Source: Octopus sinensis (lineage: Eukaryota). Taken from it: a DNA stretch of 64,000 nt. The translations under genes were made by a program, and so were the position numbers. The stretch covers positions 143,716,001 through 143,780,000 of the forward strand of contig NC_043000.1 of assembly GCF_006345805.1 (NCBI RefSeq). Reading direction: 5' to 3'. This document shows, piece by piece, positions 1 to 12,380 of this stretch (positions are counted from its first letter, which is position 1; every line of letters starts with the position of its first letter). The notes under the pieces were generated by a model. The model did no database searches. It had not been told where the DNA came from and saw only the letters and a program-made list of their open reading frames with translations.

Positions 1-9
1 ATATATACA

Positions 10-41
<32 letters not shown>

Positions 42-270
42 CATACACACACACGCACACATGGTATAAGTTAGTGGTGTTTAAACCCTCTTAGGGATAG
101 ATGTATCCAAAGGCACTCCTGATAATTACCTCAGTAATTGGTATAAGTTATACAGTAGCATAGTTCAATGTATATATAGACAACAAGAAAATGGAGGAAA
201 AACAACACTGAGAAGTGTATTTGGCGCTAAAGAGCGTTTATTTAATCAGTTAAGCAGTTAAGTCAGAGCG

Positions 271-349
271 AGTTTACAGCTGTTTCAGTGTAACATACTG
301 GGGTAAATATGTATTTACCTTGTTGCAAATGGTGGACATCATCAGATCT
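271..349 (-). ncRNA. Degenerate type-I hammerhead ribozyme motif in the pLTR
   Basis: Minus strand reads agat-CTGATGA-...-GAAAC-AGCT-GTA-aact: intact core, 2-bp helix III closed by the palindromic tetraloop AGCT, GUA cleavage triplet. Helices I and II are imperfect. Confidence 0.6.
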
Positions 350-697
350 AAGACGGCAGAGATAGACAAAGAGGAGAATAGAGCGAAAGATAGATGGAGA
401 AACCGGAACAGAAAATGTTCAATGATTCGAAAGTTTTAGATTTTAGTTAGGTTCAAAGTTCATTAAATCTATTCTGAGGTAGATGAAGAATAGAGGTTGG
501 TTGTATCTAAGGCCTCGTAGTTAGTTATTAGCATGACTTCCACGTTACTACCTGTCCGGCTAGTTGACCACCGGTGTAACCTGAGGGAGTTATCCTTAAT
601 GAGGGATATACGGTGTGGTTATTAGATCCTATGTGTGACTATCATATAGGTTGTAGGTAGTTCATATATTTAAGTAAGGGTAAATTTTATATATATA

Positions 698-928
698 TTT
701 CTTTACTACCCACAAGGGGCTAAACACAGAGGGGACAAACAAGGACAGACGAAGGGATTAAGTCGATTACATCGACCCCAGTGCGTAACTGGTACTTAAT
801 TTATCGACCCCGAAAGGATGAAAGGCAAAGTCGACCTCGGCGGAATTTGAACCCGGAACGTAACGACAGACGAAATACGGCTATGCATTTCGCCCGGCGT
901 GCTAACGTTTCTGCCAGTTCGCCGCCTT
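698..928 (-). mobile_element. tRNA-derived SINE family 1, tail variant b, full length
   Basis: Minus strand: aaggcggcgaactggcagaaacgttagcacgccgggcgaaatgc...gggttcaaattccgccgaggtcgactttgcctttcatcctttcggggtcgat...gccccttgtgggtagtaaagaaa. A/B-box-like head; ttttatatata on both sides may be a TSD; many copies in the window. Confidence 0.9.
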
Positions 929-1339
929 CATTTTATATATAGCATTTTTATATATAGCGTAAATTTTATATATAGCATCGGTACGATTTAGCGTGTAAAT
1001 AGACAAAGTATCTGAATAATATCTAGGTTTGAGGAGAGCAAAGAAAAGAAAAGGAAAAAGATAGGTAGGGGAAATTTGGCATATAAAAAGAGTTGGTAGT
1101 TCTCGACTGAATGAATTATTGGATAAAATTAGGCAAGCGTAGTATGTAGATTAGGTATATTAATTATTTATCGATAATGTGGGTTGGAGTACACTAGTGT
1201 AGAATATTAATTAGGCATATTAATTATTTATTTATAACGTGGGATGGATATGCGTAAGCTAGTTAAGGTATAGGTACATTAAAGGGAGTTAATACACTGA
1301 TAATTAGGTACTAATAATATTTACGCTAGGTGATATTGG

Positions 1340-2334
1340 TGTATACAGGAATGAGTGTGTTTAACAAAACTTAGAGAAGACGAATCTACTCTATTAGGTA
1401 GGGGTGATGTGACCATTAAAATTAGCAGACTTTCTGTTATATAGAATTCACATCGCTTATTGTTAATGCTATAGGACGAGGTTTTTGCTAGGATACGTCA
1501 TTCTAAACTATAGTTGATTTTTTGTCTTTTAATTCCCAAATGTTGCTAAGTCATGCAGAGTCTGCTTAACTTTTATTTCTAAAACTAGATTGGTGGGAAT
1601 TGTGTCTAAGTTTTATTTCGTTTTTCGTGCTTCGTATATAGGGTTTTGTCTGATTATATTCGAGTACATCGCATTGGTATATTACGTTTATTGTTTTACA
1701 TCTATTGGAGAACTGACACTTATTTCTCTCTTTGCAGCCTCATGAATTATTCAGTTTATCTGTGCTTGTGTTGTCTTGTAGGGGGTTATTATTTATCGGA
1801 TCCTTGACCGTGTTGTTTCAGGGCGAGTTATTAGGGATGAGATTTGTTCTATTTGACAGTTGGCTGTTAAGTTTTATGTTGCATTTTACCTAGTTTTTTA
1901 GAAGGTGTCTAGATTATTACTGTTGATCGAGGCTATGATGGTAGCTAGGTTACTAGTTAGGCTATGGCCAACTCTAATTTTATTCTTAAAGATTCATGAG
2001 TATTTGTTATTTAATTTCAAGTGCTTATCTATAATTCTCATTATGGAGTAACTATGTTAGCTTTAAGCTGTATCGCGAAGTGGGGTTATTAGCCAGATCT
2101 TATCGCTGTTTCGATTATTTTTAATATTATTATTTTTGGTGAAGGAACCGTCCTCAGCATTCGAGTAGAGTGTACAGTTGTTGTTATGATTATAATATTT
2201 CTTTCTATTTTAATTATTATTTTTATTATTGTTCGTGTTAGTTTTATTGGGGTTATTTCTGTACGGTTTATTTAAATTATATGGTTTGGCAATATCATTC
2301 TTAACTGCGGTTATATTGGTTATTTAGGGTTCGA

Positions 2335-2417
<83 letters not shown>

Positions 2418-3240
2418 TATTATTATCATTATTATTATTATTATTATTATTAACCGTGTTAGTATTCCTAATTTTATTATTTTTCACATTGTTGGTATTA
2501 CTTAGTTATCATTTTTAATGTTGTTAGTTATCTAAGTTTGAATCATATCATTATTTCCAATTTTCGTTTTTTTTATTATTGGTTTTAATCTTATGCTGTG
2601 CTTGTGTTGTTCTTCTTGTTGATGTGATTGTTATTTTTCTTTGGAGAGTGTTTAGTGTTGTGATAATTGTCTTGTGTATTTAATTCGTTCCGGTTATTTG
2701 AATAGTGCTCTAAGTCTAGTTATGTATTTTTGGTTTAAAACTTCTTCTTTTTAATGCGCTATTGTAGAGTCTCTTATACTTATTAAAGATATCTTGGCTG
2801 GAAGAGAGGAGTGAAATTCTTTTGCTGCTGCTATGTACAAGCCCTCTTTTAATAAAGTTCGGACCGTTACTTGATGCGCTTATTGATTTGATGTTTGTAT
2901 TAGGTTTTATGTAGAGTTCGTTGAATCCCGCGGTTAGGTTGCAGTTGGCGTCTAAGTAATTTATACAGCTCTATTCCTTTTCTATAGTAATATTTTGGCC
3001 GAATCTTTTTTAAAATTTGTATAATGTTTTCGTAATCAGTTCTTTTACTACGAATAGTGTGTCGTCCCTATATAGCCCACGCATCATTTCTGGGAATTCT
3101 CCCTGTAGGTGTGATAACAAAAAAATTGCCTACTAAGTCTGTTACCTGTACTGAATCTGGGGATCCCATGGTGATATCGAAGTTGTTAGGGGAGTCTTTA
3201 CTTATAATTCATTCACTCGAGATCTACCAACTATGTTTAC
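1340..3240 (-). pseudogene. Penelope-type reverse transcriptase C-terminal half + GIY-YIG endonuclease, with stops and frameshifts
   Basis: Hand translation of the minus strand: FDITMGSPDSVQVTDLVG and LLSHLQGEFPEMMRGLYRDDTLFVVK (~3180-3040); KRISLLSSSQDIFNKY (thumb); RIIDKHLKLNNKY; CQFSNRCKTINVIYQCDV...PYIRSTKNEIKLRHNSHQSSF...IWELKD...RILAKTSSYSINNKRCEFYITE (GIY-YIG region). An Asn-type (AAT)n linker lies at ~2330-2450. Confidence 0.88.
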
Positions 3241-3258
3241 ATGTTTAATTTCCAGTTT

Positions 3259-3888
3259 CTATCTTTTTCTTTTTCTCTTCTTTGCACTCCTCAAACCTAA
3301 ATATTAGTCTGATACTTTGTCCATTTGCAGGCTAAATCGTACCGATGATAAATATAAATTACCTTTATTTACGGCTTCCTTTGTTAATATACGTACCACC
3401 TACAACTTACATGTTACTGACACATAGGTCCTAATAACCTCACCGGATATCTCTAATTAAGGGTAACTCCCTCAGATTACACCGGCGGTCAACTAGCCGA
3501 ACAAGCAAACACGCGGAAGTCATGCTAATAACTAACAGCAAAAATTTAGAGTCAACCAACCTCTATTCTTTATCTGCCTCACAATGGGTTTAATGAACTT
3601 TGAACCTAACTAAAATATAAGACTTTCGAATCATTGGTCATTTTCTTTTCTGGTTTATCCCGATATCTTTCGCTCAATTTTCCTCTTTGTCTATCTCTGC
3701 CGTCTTCGTTCTGATGACGTCTACCATTTGCAACAAGGTAAATACATATATAACTCAGTATGGTACTCAGAAACTGCTGTAGACTCACTCTTACTCTCAC
3801 CGTGCTTGACTATTTAAATAATCGTTATTTTTGTACCAAGGACACACTTCTCATTGCTGTCTTTGCTCCATTTTCTTGTCGTCTATAT
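3259..3888 (+). repeat. Inverted pseudo-LTR arm of Penelope element 1
   Basis: Diverged reverse complement of 173-1064; lacks the SINE insertion. Confidence 0.85.
3708..3784 (+). ncRNA. Degenerate type-I hammerhead ribozyme motif in the inverted pLTR
   Basis: gtt-CTGATGA (3711-3717)...GAAAC-TGCT-GTA-gac (3770-3784); helix I gtt/gac can pair. Homologous to 271-349. Confidence 0.55.
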
Positions 3889-5036
3889 GTACGTATATAT
3901 ATATATATATACATAGATAGCTAGATACATACATCATAAATGCATACATATATATGTATGTATGTCTGAGGACTTAATTGCCATTGTTGAAATTCCTGTG
4001 CAAATTTTGTTTCTGATTTGGAAACCAGTTACTCGTGATTCGTTTGAAAAATAAAACCAAAAGGTACATAGATTCACATCCACAGACATAGAATTCCTGC
4101 TTAATAATCTACTTCCCTTATTAGAAATGTGGCAAATTGGTATTGTTTTCCAATACAGAGACACAATTATCAGTGCGAAACTGACTGGCTAATTGAACAC
4201 TTAACATGTCTGAAAACCTATAATCGAATGACAGAATGATATTTATTCTAATTTGCACAGTAAATTTTCCAGAATGTCGAACATTCAGAAAGCAGGCATG
4301 TGTCAGTTTGGAAAGAAAAAGAACGTGAGTAGGTAGTAAGAACGAGGAATAATTTCTTCAAATACACACGTGATAATTTCGACCAAACGCGTTTGAAACA
4401 ATCATTTCTGGAGTAGCTTCTCTGTTGCTTGGAAGAAATCATAAGCAACTAAAAGTTCCTAATGCACCCGACGCATCATTTGAGCTCTTATTAACTCTAC
4501 AATTATTTATACAATAATTAGCAATAATTATCATTTATTATTAGACGTTTCCCATTTATTATATGTATTATCAGCTTTGCAGCAGTAAGCATTCTTTGAC
4601 TTTGCATGTGGCACTTATTCTGAAATAGCACTTTTTAAATAAGCTTAACATTAAAATATCTGGAGATGCAGAAGTAATAGGCGTTGCTTTAGTTACGGTA
4701 TTAGATCATCTCCGACAAATATAGCCTGCTCTTTCATACATAAACAAATGTGTGTTGAGTCATGGAAAAGAAATAAGAAGACAAGTATAAACCGTCAGTT
4801 AGAAAACTTGTATCTAGACACACAAGATTTAATGTCAGCGGTATCTATATATGAAATCTTAAGAGCTACTCAATTTCATTCCAAAATGTTCAAAACAACT
4901 CCTCCAACAAAGAAAAATTTAGCGATTTTTATTGAGAAAAATGCCTCGACGCTGCCACACTTTGTTGTATGTAGTAGCCGAATCTGCATCGAATCGAGAC
5001 CCTCACACACGTGCGAGCAGGCACACGCACCCCCCA

Positions 5037-5083
<47 letters not shown>

Positions 5084-5596
5084 ACACACACACACAAATT
5101 GATATAGAAGCAGAAGATGATGAACTGATCACGTTTACAATGTATTTCAACGAGTGGTCCCTTCATTTATGCATAGTTTATGATTATGTATTTGGTTTGC
5201 AAAATTTCTTTTGTGCAATGATGTGTATGAAACAAATACTGTAACACTTAGGGAGGATTATTTTGCCAATAAAAAGACGCACTATTTATTTGATATTTAC
5301 TTTACCTTTACCAGTCTATTTGTCAGAGTACTTTTGTCACACAATTTGTAACCTCCTTCAATGACTGCCTGTTCTTCTTTTCTGTGGCTCCTCTTCACTC
5401 TTGCCAAGACGGAAGAGACAGGAAAAGACCAGAGGAGACACGAAGAGGTACTCGTTGATTAAGGCACAGAATCTCTACCGAAGAACTCTTACAAATAAGC
5501 AATAACTGCTAAAAATAATTAATAACAATTAGATAAAAGTGCATAGCTTTAAAATAATACTTGTTCCTCTTCAAAATATTTTGAATACACATCGAC

Positions 5597-5682
<86 letters not shown>

Positions 5683-5987
5683 ATGTATGTGTATGCTTGT
5701 ATAAATACATATGTATATATGTGTATATATAGAAAGAGAGAGAGAGACGTACACGTACATACATACACACGTATGTATGCAATCAGGTATGTGTATGTAT
5801 ACAAGTTCAATCAGTAAAAGAGAGCATTTATTAAAGATATGATTCCGTATAGTTGGATATCACAGCTCCAAATTCATTCGGACTAACATATATATAGCCT
5901 TGTGGGGAATCCATAATATGTTATATAGATAGAGACCCTTATAAATCATATGCAAGCATGCGCATGCAGATTTAAGGGATGCCACTC

Positions 5988-6445
5988 TAAGTTGCAATTG
6001 AAGGCATGTTCTGTATTACCACTATGGTGACTAGGACTTGCATATTTCACTATTTGATCTTCAAACCTAGTTTGACGCTTAATTTGCTCGAGATTAAGTA
6101 CCTGAATAAGAAAGTAAGCCATGATAAACAGTGTATTCGTGGTTTATGTAAATTTCCAGAAATAAAAATTAACAGGTGAAGAGAAAGTTGATATGTAAAG
6201 AGAATTTAATATATATATATATATTAAATTCTCTTTACATATCAACTTTCTCTTCACCTGTTAATTTTTATTTCTGGAAATTTACATAAACCACGAATAC
6301 ACTGTTTATCATGGCTTACTTTCTTATTCAGGTACTTAATCTCGAGCAAATTAAGCGTCAAACTAGGTTTGAAGATCAAATAGTGAAATATGCAAGTCCT
6401 AGTCACCATAGTGGTAATACAGAACATGCCTTCAATTGCAACTTA
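5988..6445. repeat. Perfect 458-bp palindrome centred in a (TA)n tract (centre 6216/6217)
   Basis: 5988-6216 is the exact reverse complement of 6217-6445 as far as checked by eye (taagttgcaattgaaggcatg ... catgccttcaattgcaactta). Confidence 0.95.
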
Positions 6446-6832
6446 ATTTTGAAAGGCTGTGAGATCTGGAAAGGTGCTATGTTTTAATTTAAACAGTTTT
6501 TTGGACGATGATCATAAAAGTCGCTATTAGGTTTCTTTGTGCATCTTTTTGTATTCTGCATTTTCTGCCTTGGTTTTATATCATCGCCACTATAAGCGTC
6601 AAGCCAAACTCATTTATCTATCTTTCTATGTATGTATGTATGTATGTATCTAAATATCTATCTATCTATCCATCTATCAATCTATCCATCTGTCTATCTA
6701 TCTATCTGTCTGTCTGTCTAATTATCTCATCTATTCTATCTGTCTATTTATCTATTTACCTATATGTGTGTATTAGTGCTTCTGTGAGCGTGCCAATGTA
6801 TAAACATTTGTATATGTATTTATACATAGTTT

Positions 6833-6868
<36 letters not shown>

Positions 6869-6980
6869 ATATATACATTATGTGCCGTTGTCTATCTACA
6901 TATATGTGTGTATGTATGTGTCTGCACTCACGCTTGTATCCCTCTGTGTGTGTAAATGCGTGTATGAATGCATGTACACT

Positions 6981-7024
<44 letters not shown>

Positions 7025-7409
7025 TATGTATAAATACATATACAAATGTTTATACATTGGCACGCTCACAGAAGCACTAATACACACATATAGGTAAATA
7101 GATAAATAGACAGATAGAATAGATGAGATAATTAGACAGACAGACAGATAGATAGATAGACAGATGGATAGATTGATAGATGGATAGATAGATAGATATT
7201 TAGATACATACATACATACATACATAGAAAGATAGATAAATGAGTTTGGCTTGACGCTTATAGTGGCGATGATATAAAACCAAGGCAGAAAATGCAGAAT
7301 ACAAAAAGATGCACAAAGAAACCTAATAGCGACTTTTATGATCATCGTCCAAAAAACTGTTTAAATTAAAACATAGCACCTTTCCAGATCTCACAGCCTT
7401 TCAAAATTA
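6444..7409. repeat. Apparently perfect inverted repeat, ~414-bp arms (6444-~6857 / ~6996-7409), ~140-bp spacer flanked by (TA)n
   Basis: The arms are reverse complements, including an irregular (CTAT)n tract. The ORF track gives the same N-terminal peptide (MIIKVAIRFLCASF...) on + from 6508 and on - from 7345. Confidence 0.95.
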
Positions 7410-7614
7410 TCACTATTCACTCAAACTGCCACAAACCCAAACAACGCATAAAGGAAACATTCCAAAATAGATCTTTGATACGAATACATTGTTTCCTTCT
7501 ACGTATGGACAAATCAAAAATTTTTAGAAAAAGGGATAATTTGTTATTCTCTAACATAGACTTGTCCCAAAATTCATCATGAGCTCCAGTTTTCATATCC
7601 TGATTTACTCTTGC

Positions 7615-7656
<42 letters not shown>

Positions 7657-8049
7657 CCATATGATATTCTATATATTCCTCCTACACTCTTTTTTCTAGT
7701 ATTCCTTTCCGAATCGCAGATTTTGTTCTATCTGTCAGTTGATATTTATTAGTTTTCTGATACTAGGGTGCTTTTATTTCCCATCATATTTCCACGTAGC
7801 AAAGTACTCAGAGTTTATTTATTTATTTATTTATTGTCATATATAACTGAGTGAAGCAGTATATTTGTAATAATATTTTCAAAGTACGTCAAAATTATTA
7901 TAGACACGGTTACACCATATTCAATGTATACTCATTATTATAGTAACTCATACAAGTGAATTAACAGAAATTGTGTGTAAAACCTGAATATAAACTAATA
8001 CATATTACGAAAATATGATGCATAAAAAAAAATTCATTTGTAACCTGAC

Positions 8050-8230
8050 ACCATCAAATCTGCTATTCCCATGAATGAAGTCTGATTGACATCATTACCT
8101 TGTTTACCATAATATGTGATGTACCCAACGTAAAGAAAATGTGACTTTGGATATATAATCATGAAGAATGTTACTAACTGTTCCGGTATCTAGACTGCAT
8201 CACGTGGATCTTCTAATCATTTCTTTCAGA
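8050..8230 (-). mobile_element. Mariner-type transposase remnant
   Basis: Minus-strand translation GTVSNILHDYISKVTFSLRWVHHIL resembles the mariner GxVxxILHxxLxxxKVxARWVPHxL segment. Confidence 0.45.
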
Positions 8231-8439
8231 AATTTCGGGAGAGGGTGATATCGACTACATCAAATTCAGCGATTAGCTGGTGTTATTTTATCGCCCCCGG
8301 AGGGATGTCCTCTGCACACTTTGAATATAAGTGTAAAGCTAAGCAAATTTTGCTGAGCGCTTTTTCCAGCAGGCTAACTATGCTGCCAGCTCACAGCCAC
8401 ATGTATTTAATAATATTCTTTCTAATATAGGCACTAAGA

Positions 8440-8605
8440 CTGAACTGTTTTGTCTTTTGGCGCCTGGGTGGATGGTCGTTTACATCAAACCCAATATCCA
8501 ACTGGTAATTATTCTACTGACCGAGAAATGATGAAATGTAAATCGACCTCGGCGGAATTAGAACCAAGAAGACAGAAGAAAAGTGGCAGAGCATTCTCTG
8601 CGTGA
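8440..8605 (-). mobile_element. Degenerate SINE family 1 copy
   Basis: caactggtaattattctactgaccgagaaatgatgaaatgtaaatcgacctcggcggaattagaac is a diverged match to the family 1 core. Confidence 0.65.
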
Positions 8606-9557
8606 CCCCCACCAAGTTGATCTAATAATATCAAGACTTTTGTTACTCAGATACCAAATTCAGCCGGCTGATATGAACTAATAAAAACTACTTAAATATC
8701 AATGCGTCAAAATGCTGAGAAAAACGCTTGTGCGTGTGTGTGTAGGGGTTCATCTGTATATATAATTACACGCAAACAAAGAAAAGGCACACATACACAC
8801 ATATAAAACAATAGGTGAAAACTCAAAATGCAAATCGTGATATATTTTATTGATCACAACAATACCTTCAACCCATCTTGCATCAGTCTCTCAGAGGGGA
8901 GATGCTGTACAACTGGTTATAGAGTATGTTTCGGTGCAGATGTGTCTCGTCAGGTGACTTTGCAAAAGATCCCTGGCTCAAAACCTCGGCTTTGTCCAGT
9001 TCAGTTCGGATGTGTTTCATTATTTACCTATAGCTAGTTGCATACAGTTTTCGTGGTTTAGAATGACATGGAATGGTGACAGTGCAATTTTTATTAAGAA
9101 CCGACGAAGAGTTAGTTACAAATAGAGCGTAAAATATCAGAAACCGATTATTTTCGTAAGTACACAATGTGCTGGTATTATTCTAGCCTTGATAAATCTA
9201 TCTCGTTAAATAATGTCATAGGATTATAAGACAATTACATGGGAGACGAACATACCAAGGACACCAGCACAATTTAGTGGTTAATTAAAATTTGGTAATT
9301 CGACTATGGCATTGTGTAGACACATTAGAACAACATTCGCTCCTCTCCCCTCCATTTTAGAGATATCCAGCTGTGGGGCTAAAATATAAATCCATATAAA
9401 CGACATAATCAGCCGGCCGTAGCAGCGGTTTTACGTAGATTTACTAGTTGACTTTTGCTGCCCCAGGCATGCGCTTCGCCCCTCAATACAGACAGACAGA
9501 AACACACACACATACACACACTCAAACACACACACGCACACATACACACACACACAT

Positions 9558-9620
<63 letters not shown>

Positions 9621-10695
9621 CATGTTCACGTAGGTACGCACATAGTGACAGGCGCACACACATACATGGCCTCGTGGACACACATACACGAATCACGTAG
9701 GAATACCGATAAAGGCAAGCATTCACACACACATATACATGTACACACATTTAGACATTGACATGCATACACATAAAGATAAACACACGCACTCAAACAT
9801 TTTTTCCTATCAAGTTACATCGAACATATTTGACTACAGTGGCGCATTTTTCTTTTAACTGGCAGCGCTACAAACATCTCCTTCTAGACGACTTAACGTA
9901 AAAATATATTAGTCTGTGAATAGGCCACATGCGATTCTACAATGTTACTCTCCATTTAAGAATAACAAATCTACATTGCACAGCAAGAATTAAATGATTC
10001 GTTTATATATTAGAACAGAAAACAGTACATTTGCTCTCGGGTGTGAAATATACTCAAAATATAATTACTTATGTAATGTTTCACGAAGCTGCGTAAAATA
10101 AAATATTTCCATATAAAGTCTCAGTCGAGGACATGCGTAAATGATAAAAATTTCGCTACAGAAATAGTCCGAGAAGAAGCGTATCCTAGATGACATGTGT
10201 GGAAACGCCTTTGGTTGTGAATGAAATTATTAGATCATGCGACGAATGCGTTTCTGCGTTTGCACACGTCATCAGCTAAGACATTCAAATCTGCTTCTTG
10301 CAGCTCAAAAATTAACGTGCCACATTTAAATACAGTGTGTGCACATACATTCAAAAAGGTTCGCTAACTGACGTTCTGAGAAAATAATGCTTGTGGATTT
10401 CCAAAGTTTAATTTTGTTTCCTACTGTCTTTTGTGAGCACATACATTCCATCCTCCTACCCGACACACTTGCAAATGAATGTTCTTATTTATAACAGTCA
10501 CAAACACACACAGTTGTACATTTATGTGAACTGTTTGTGATAACAGTTCTCTTTGCTGCAAATATTCAGTGAAATATTCTTAACAAGCAATGAATCCTAA
10601 AACGGAAGTAAGAGTAGAGTAAGCAAGCCCATATCATAGAACTTTAGCATAATTTTATATACGACTTGTTAAGATCACTACCTCATTATCATATT

Positions 10696-10904
10696 CTTTT
10701 CTATCTTAGGCACAAGGCCTGAAATTTGGGTGGAGGGAGGCAGTCGATTAGATCGACCCTAGTACGCAACTGGTACTTAATTTATCGACCCCGAAAGGAT
10801 GAAAGGCAAAGTCGACCTCGGCGGAATTTGAACTCAGAACATAGAGACGGAATACTGCTAAGCATCTCGCCCAGTATGCTACCGCTTCTGCCAGCTCACT
10901 GTTT
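10696..10904 (-). mobile_element. SINE family 1, tail variant a, with 17-bp TSD
   Basis: Family 1 core present; perfect direct repeat tacctcattatcatatt at 10679-10695 and 10905-10921. Confidence 0.92.
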
Positions 10905-10939
10905 TACCTCATTATCATATTATTATAACGAATATTACT

Positions 10940-11009
10940 ACTATTATCATTACGATTATTATTATTATTATTATCATTATTATTATTATTATTATTATTA
11001 TCATTATTA

Positions 11010-11040
<31 letters not shown>

Positions 11041-11050
11041 ATTATTATTA

Positions 11051-11102
<52 letters not shown>

Positions 11103-11115
11103 CATTATTATTATT
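10940..11115. repeat. (ATT)n microsatellite
   Basis: Direct reading of the sequence. Confidence 0.95.
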
Positions 11116-11550
11116 GAGAGAGCAGTGCATACCATCAGAGTGACACTGGGGTACAAATATAGGAAGCCCATTATACCCATCATGACTACCTGACTGAAAA
11201 ATGTACGCCAGACACTTGATTCATGACCAAATGTGCGCGACATGGGGATGGCATGGCCGCGTAAATGAAACTCAATTAGAATTTTGTTCCAATTGATTAG
11301 TCCTGCCCCGGAAAAAGGTCCTTGAATAAGGCTCGTTTAATGATCTTGAACAAAACACCCATGTTTTCAGAGGTGAATTATTCAAACCCGAAAGAATTCC
11401 TCTCAACACATGGCTATGATGCCCCCCACCCACCCAGGATTTCTGCTTGTGATTAGAGATGCGCATACCGTCAGCAACTAGGGACAGGTTCGACTGAATA
11501 TGGTCAAGCAACTCATCAGCAAATCTGTGATGTTCAGCAGAATATTTGCT
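11116..11550. mobile_element. Interspersed repeat 'family D' (truncated copy) embedded in (ATT)n
   Basis: Colinear with 41342-41864 (gtgacactggggta...tacccatcatgactac...cagaggtgaattattcaaacc...ctctcaacacatggctatgatg...gcagaatatttgct); ATT-type repeats on both sides. Orientation and class not determined. Confidence 0.8.
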
Positions 11551-12022
11551 CTATTGTTCTTGGTGTTATTCTTTATTATTATTATTATTATTATTATCGT
11601 TGTTGTTGTTGTTATTATTTTTTTCAATGGTATTATTATTTCTTCGAACTGAAAGCTTGAGAAATGCTACTAAAATTAGTATTACCATTCTAGTGATATT
11701 GCCACTGATGGTGTCGTTGTTGTTGACATTCATGTATAAGTTTAACAGTGACGTAAGATGCTACAGTTGATGGCATCGGCAATGATATGGTATTGATAAT
11801 CTGAAACGTACATCACTTTAATTAAAATTTTGCCATCTTAGTCAGCAATTTCGTGCTTGATGTTCATTCGCCGCTAGGGATCTGAAATGATTTATGCGAT
11901 CGTGTTATTAAAGTGATTGCTGAAGCAACCTAGACAGACCTCTTACAGTTTACAGTTTTCGGGGTATCTGCAAATAGCTTTCTTCAAACACATGTGAGAA
12001 AATGTGTACATATGTATGTATG

Positions 12023-12066
<44 letters not shown>

Positions 12067-12289
12067 AATATATATAAATATATATATATATATAAATATA
12101 TATATATATAATATATACACGCACATAAATGTATCATATGTCTAATATACATATATATATTCACATTTACAAGAGAATACGCTTGTAGCATGTTTGCATT
12201 AACAATCTCAACCCACATACAAATTTCTTACATGTATATAATTGTATATTACGTCAGGCACAATTAATACATACAACTGTGTTTATATA

Positions 12290-12364
<75 letters not shown>

Positions 12365-12380
12365 GCATATATATATATGA
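12290..12380. repeat. (TA)n microsatellite (representative; similar blocks at 14380-14480, 15400-15550, 16900-17210, 44660-44820, 56700-56895, 60270-60400)
   Basis: Direct reading of the sequence. Confidence 0.95.

Larger units (their letters stand above)
173..1064 (-). repeat. 3' pseudo-LTR arm of Penelope element 1 (interrupted by a SINE at 698-928)
   Basis: Diverged reverse complement of 3259-3888 once the SINE is removed. Confidence 0.85.
173..3888 (-). mobile_element. Penelope-like retroelement 1 (5'-truncated, decayed) bracketed by inverted pseudo-LTRs
   Basis: Minus-strand RT and GIY-YIG remnants at ~1340-3240. 173-1064 is the reverse complement of 3259-3888 (e.g. gacaacaagaaaatggag vs ctccattttcttgtcgtc; catcggtacgatttagc vs gctaaatcgtaccgatg). 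An inverted pLTR at the truncated 5' end is an established Penelope architecture. Confidence 0.9.

Noticed and set aside
4248-4448. ORF MISSKQQRSYSRNDCFKRV loosely like a mariner N-terminus (EQRSxIKIEC)
   Set aside because: Similarity is limited to a few residues; no TIR or downstream motif found.
6508-7345. Two ORFs with the same N-terminus (MIIKVAIRFLCASF...) on opposite strands
   Set aside because: Product of the inverted repeat plus microsatellite read-through, not a duplicated gene.
8920-8960. CTGACGA...GAAAC on the minus strand (hammerhead-like)
   Set aside because: Helix II is mostly unpaired and there is no GUH triplet or helix III after GAAAC.
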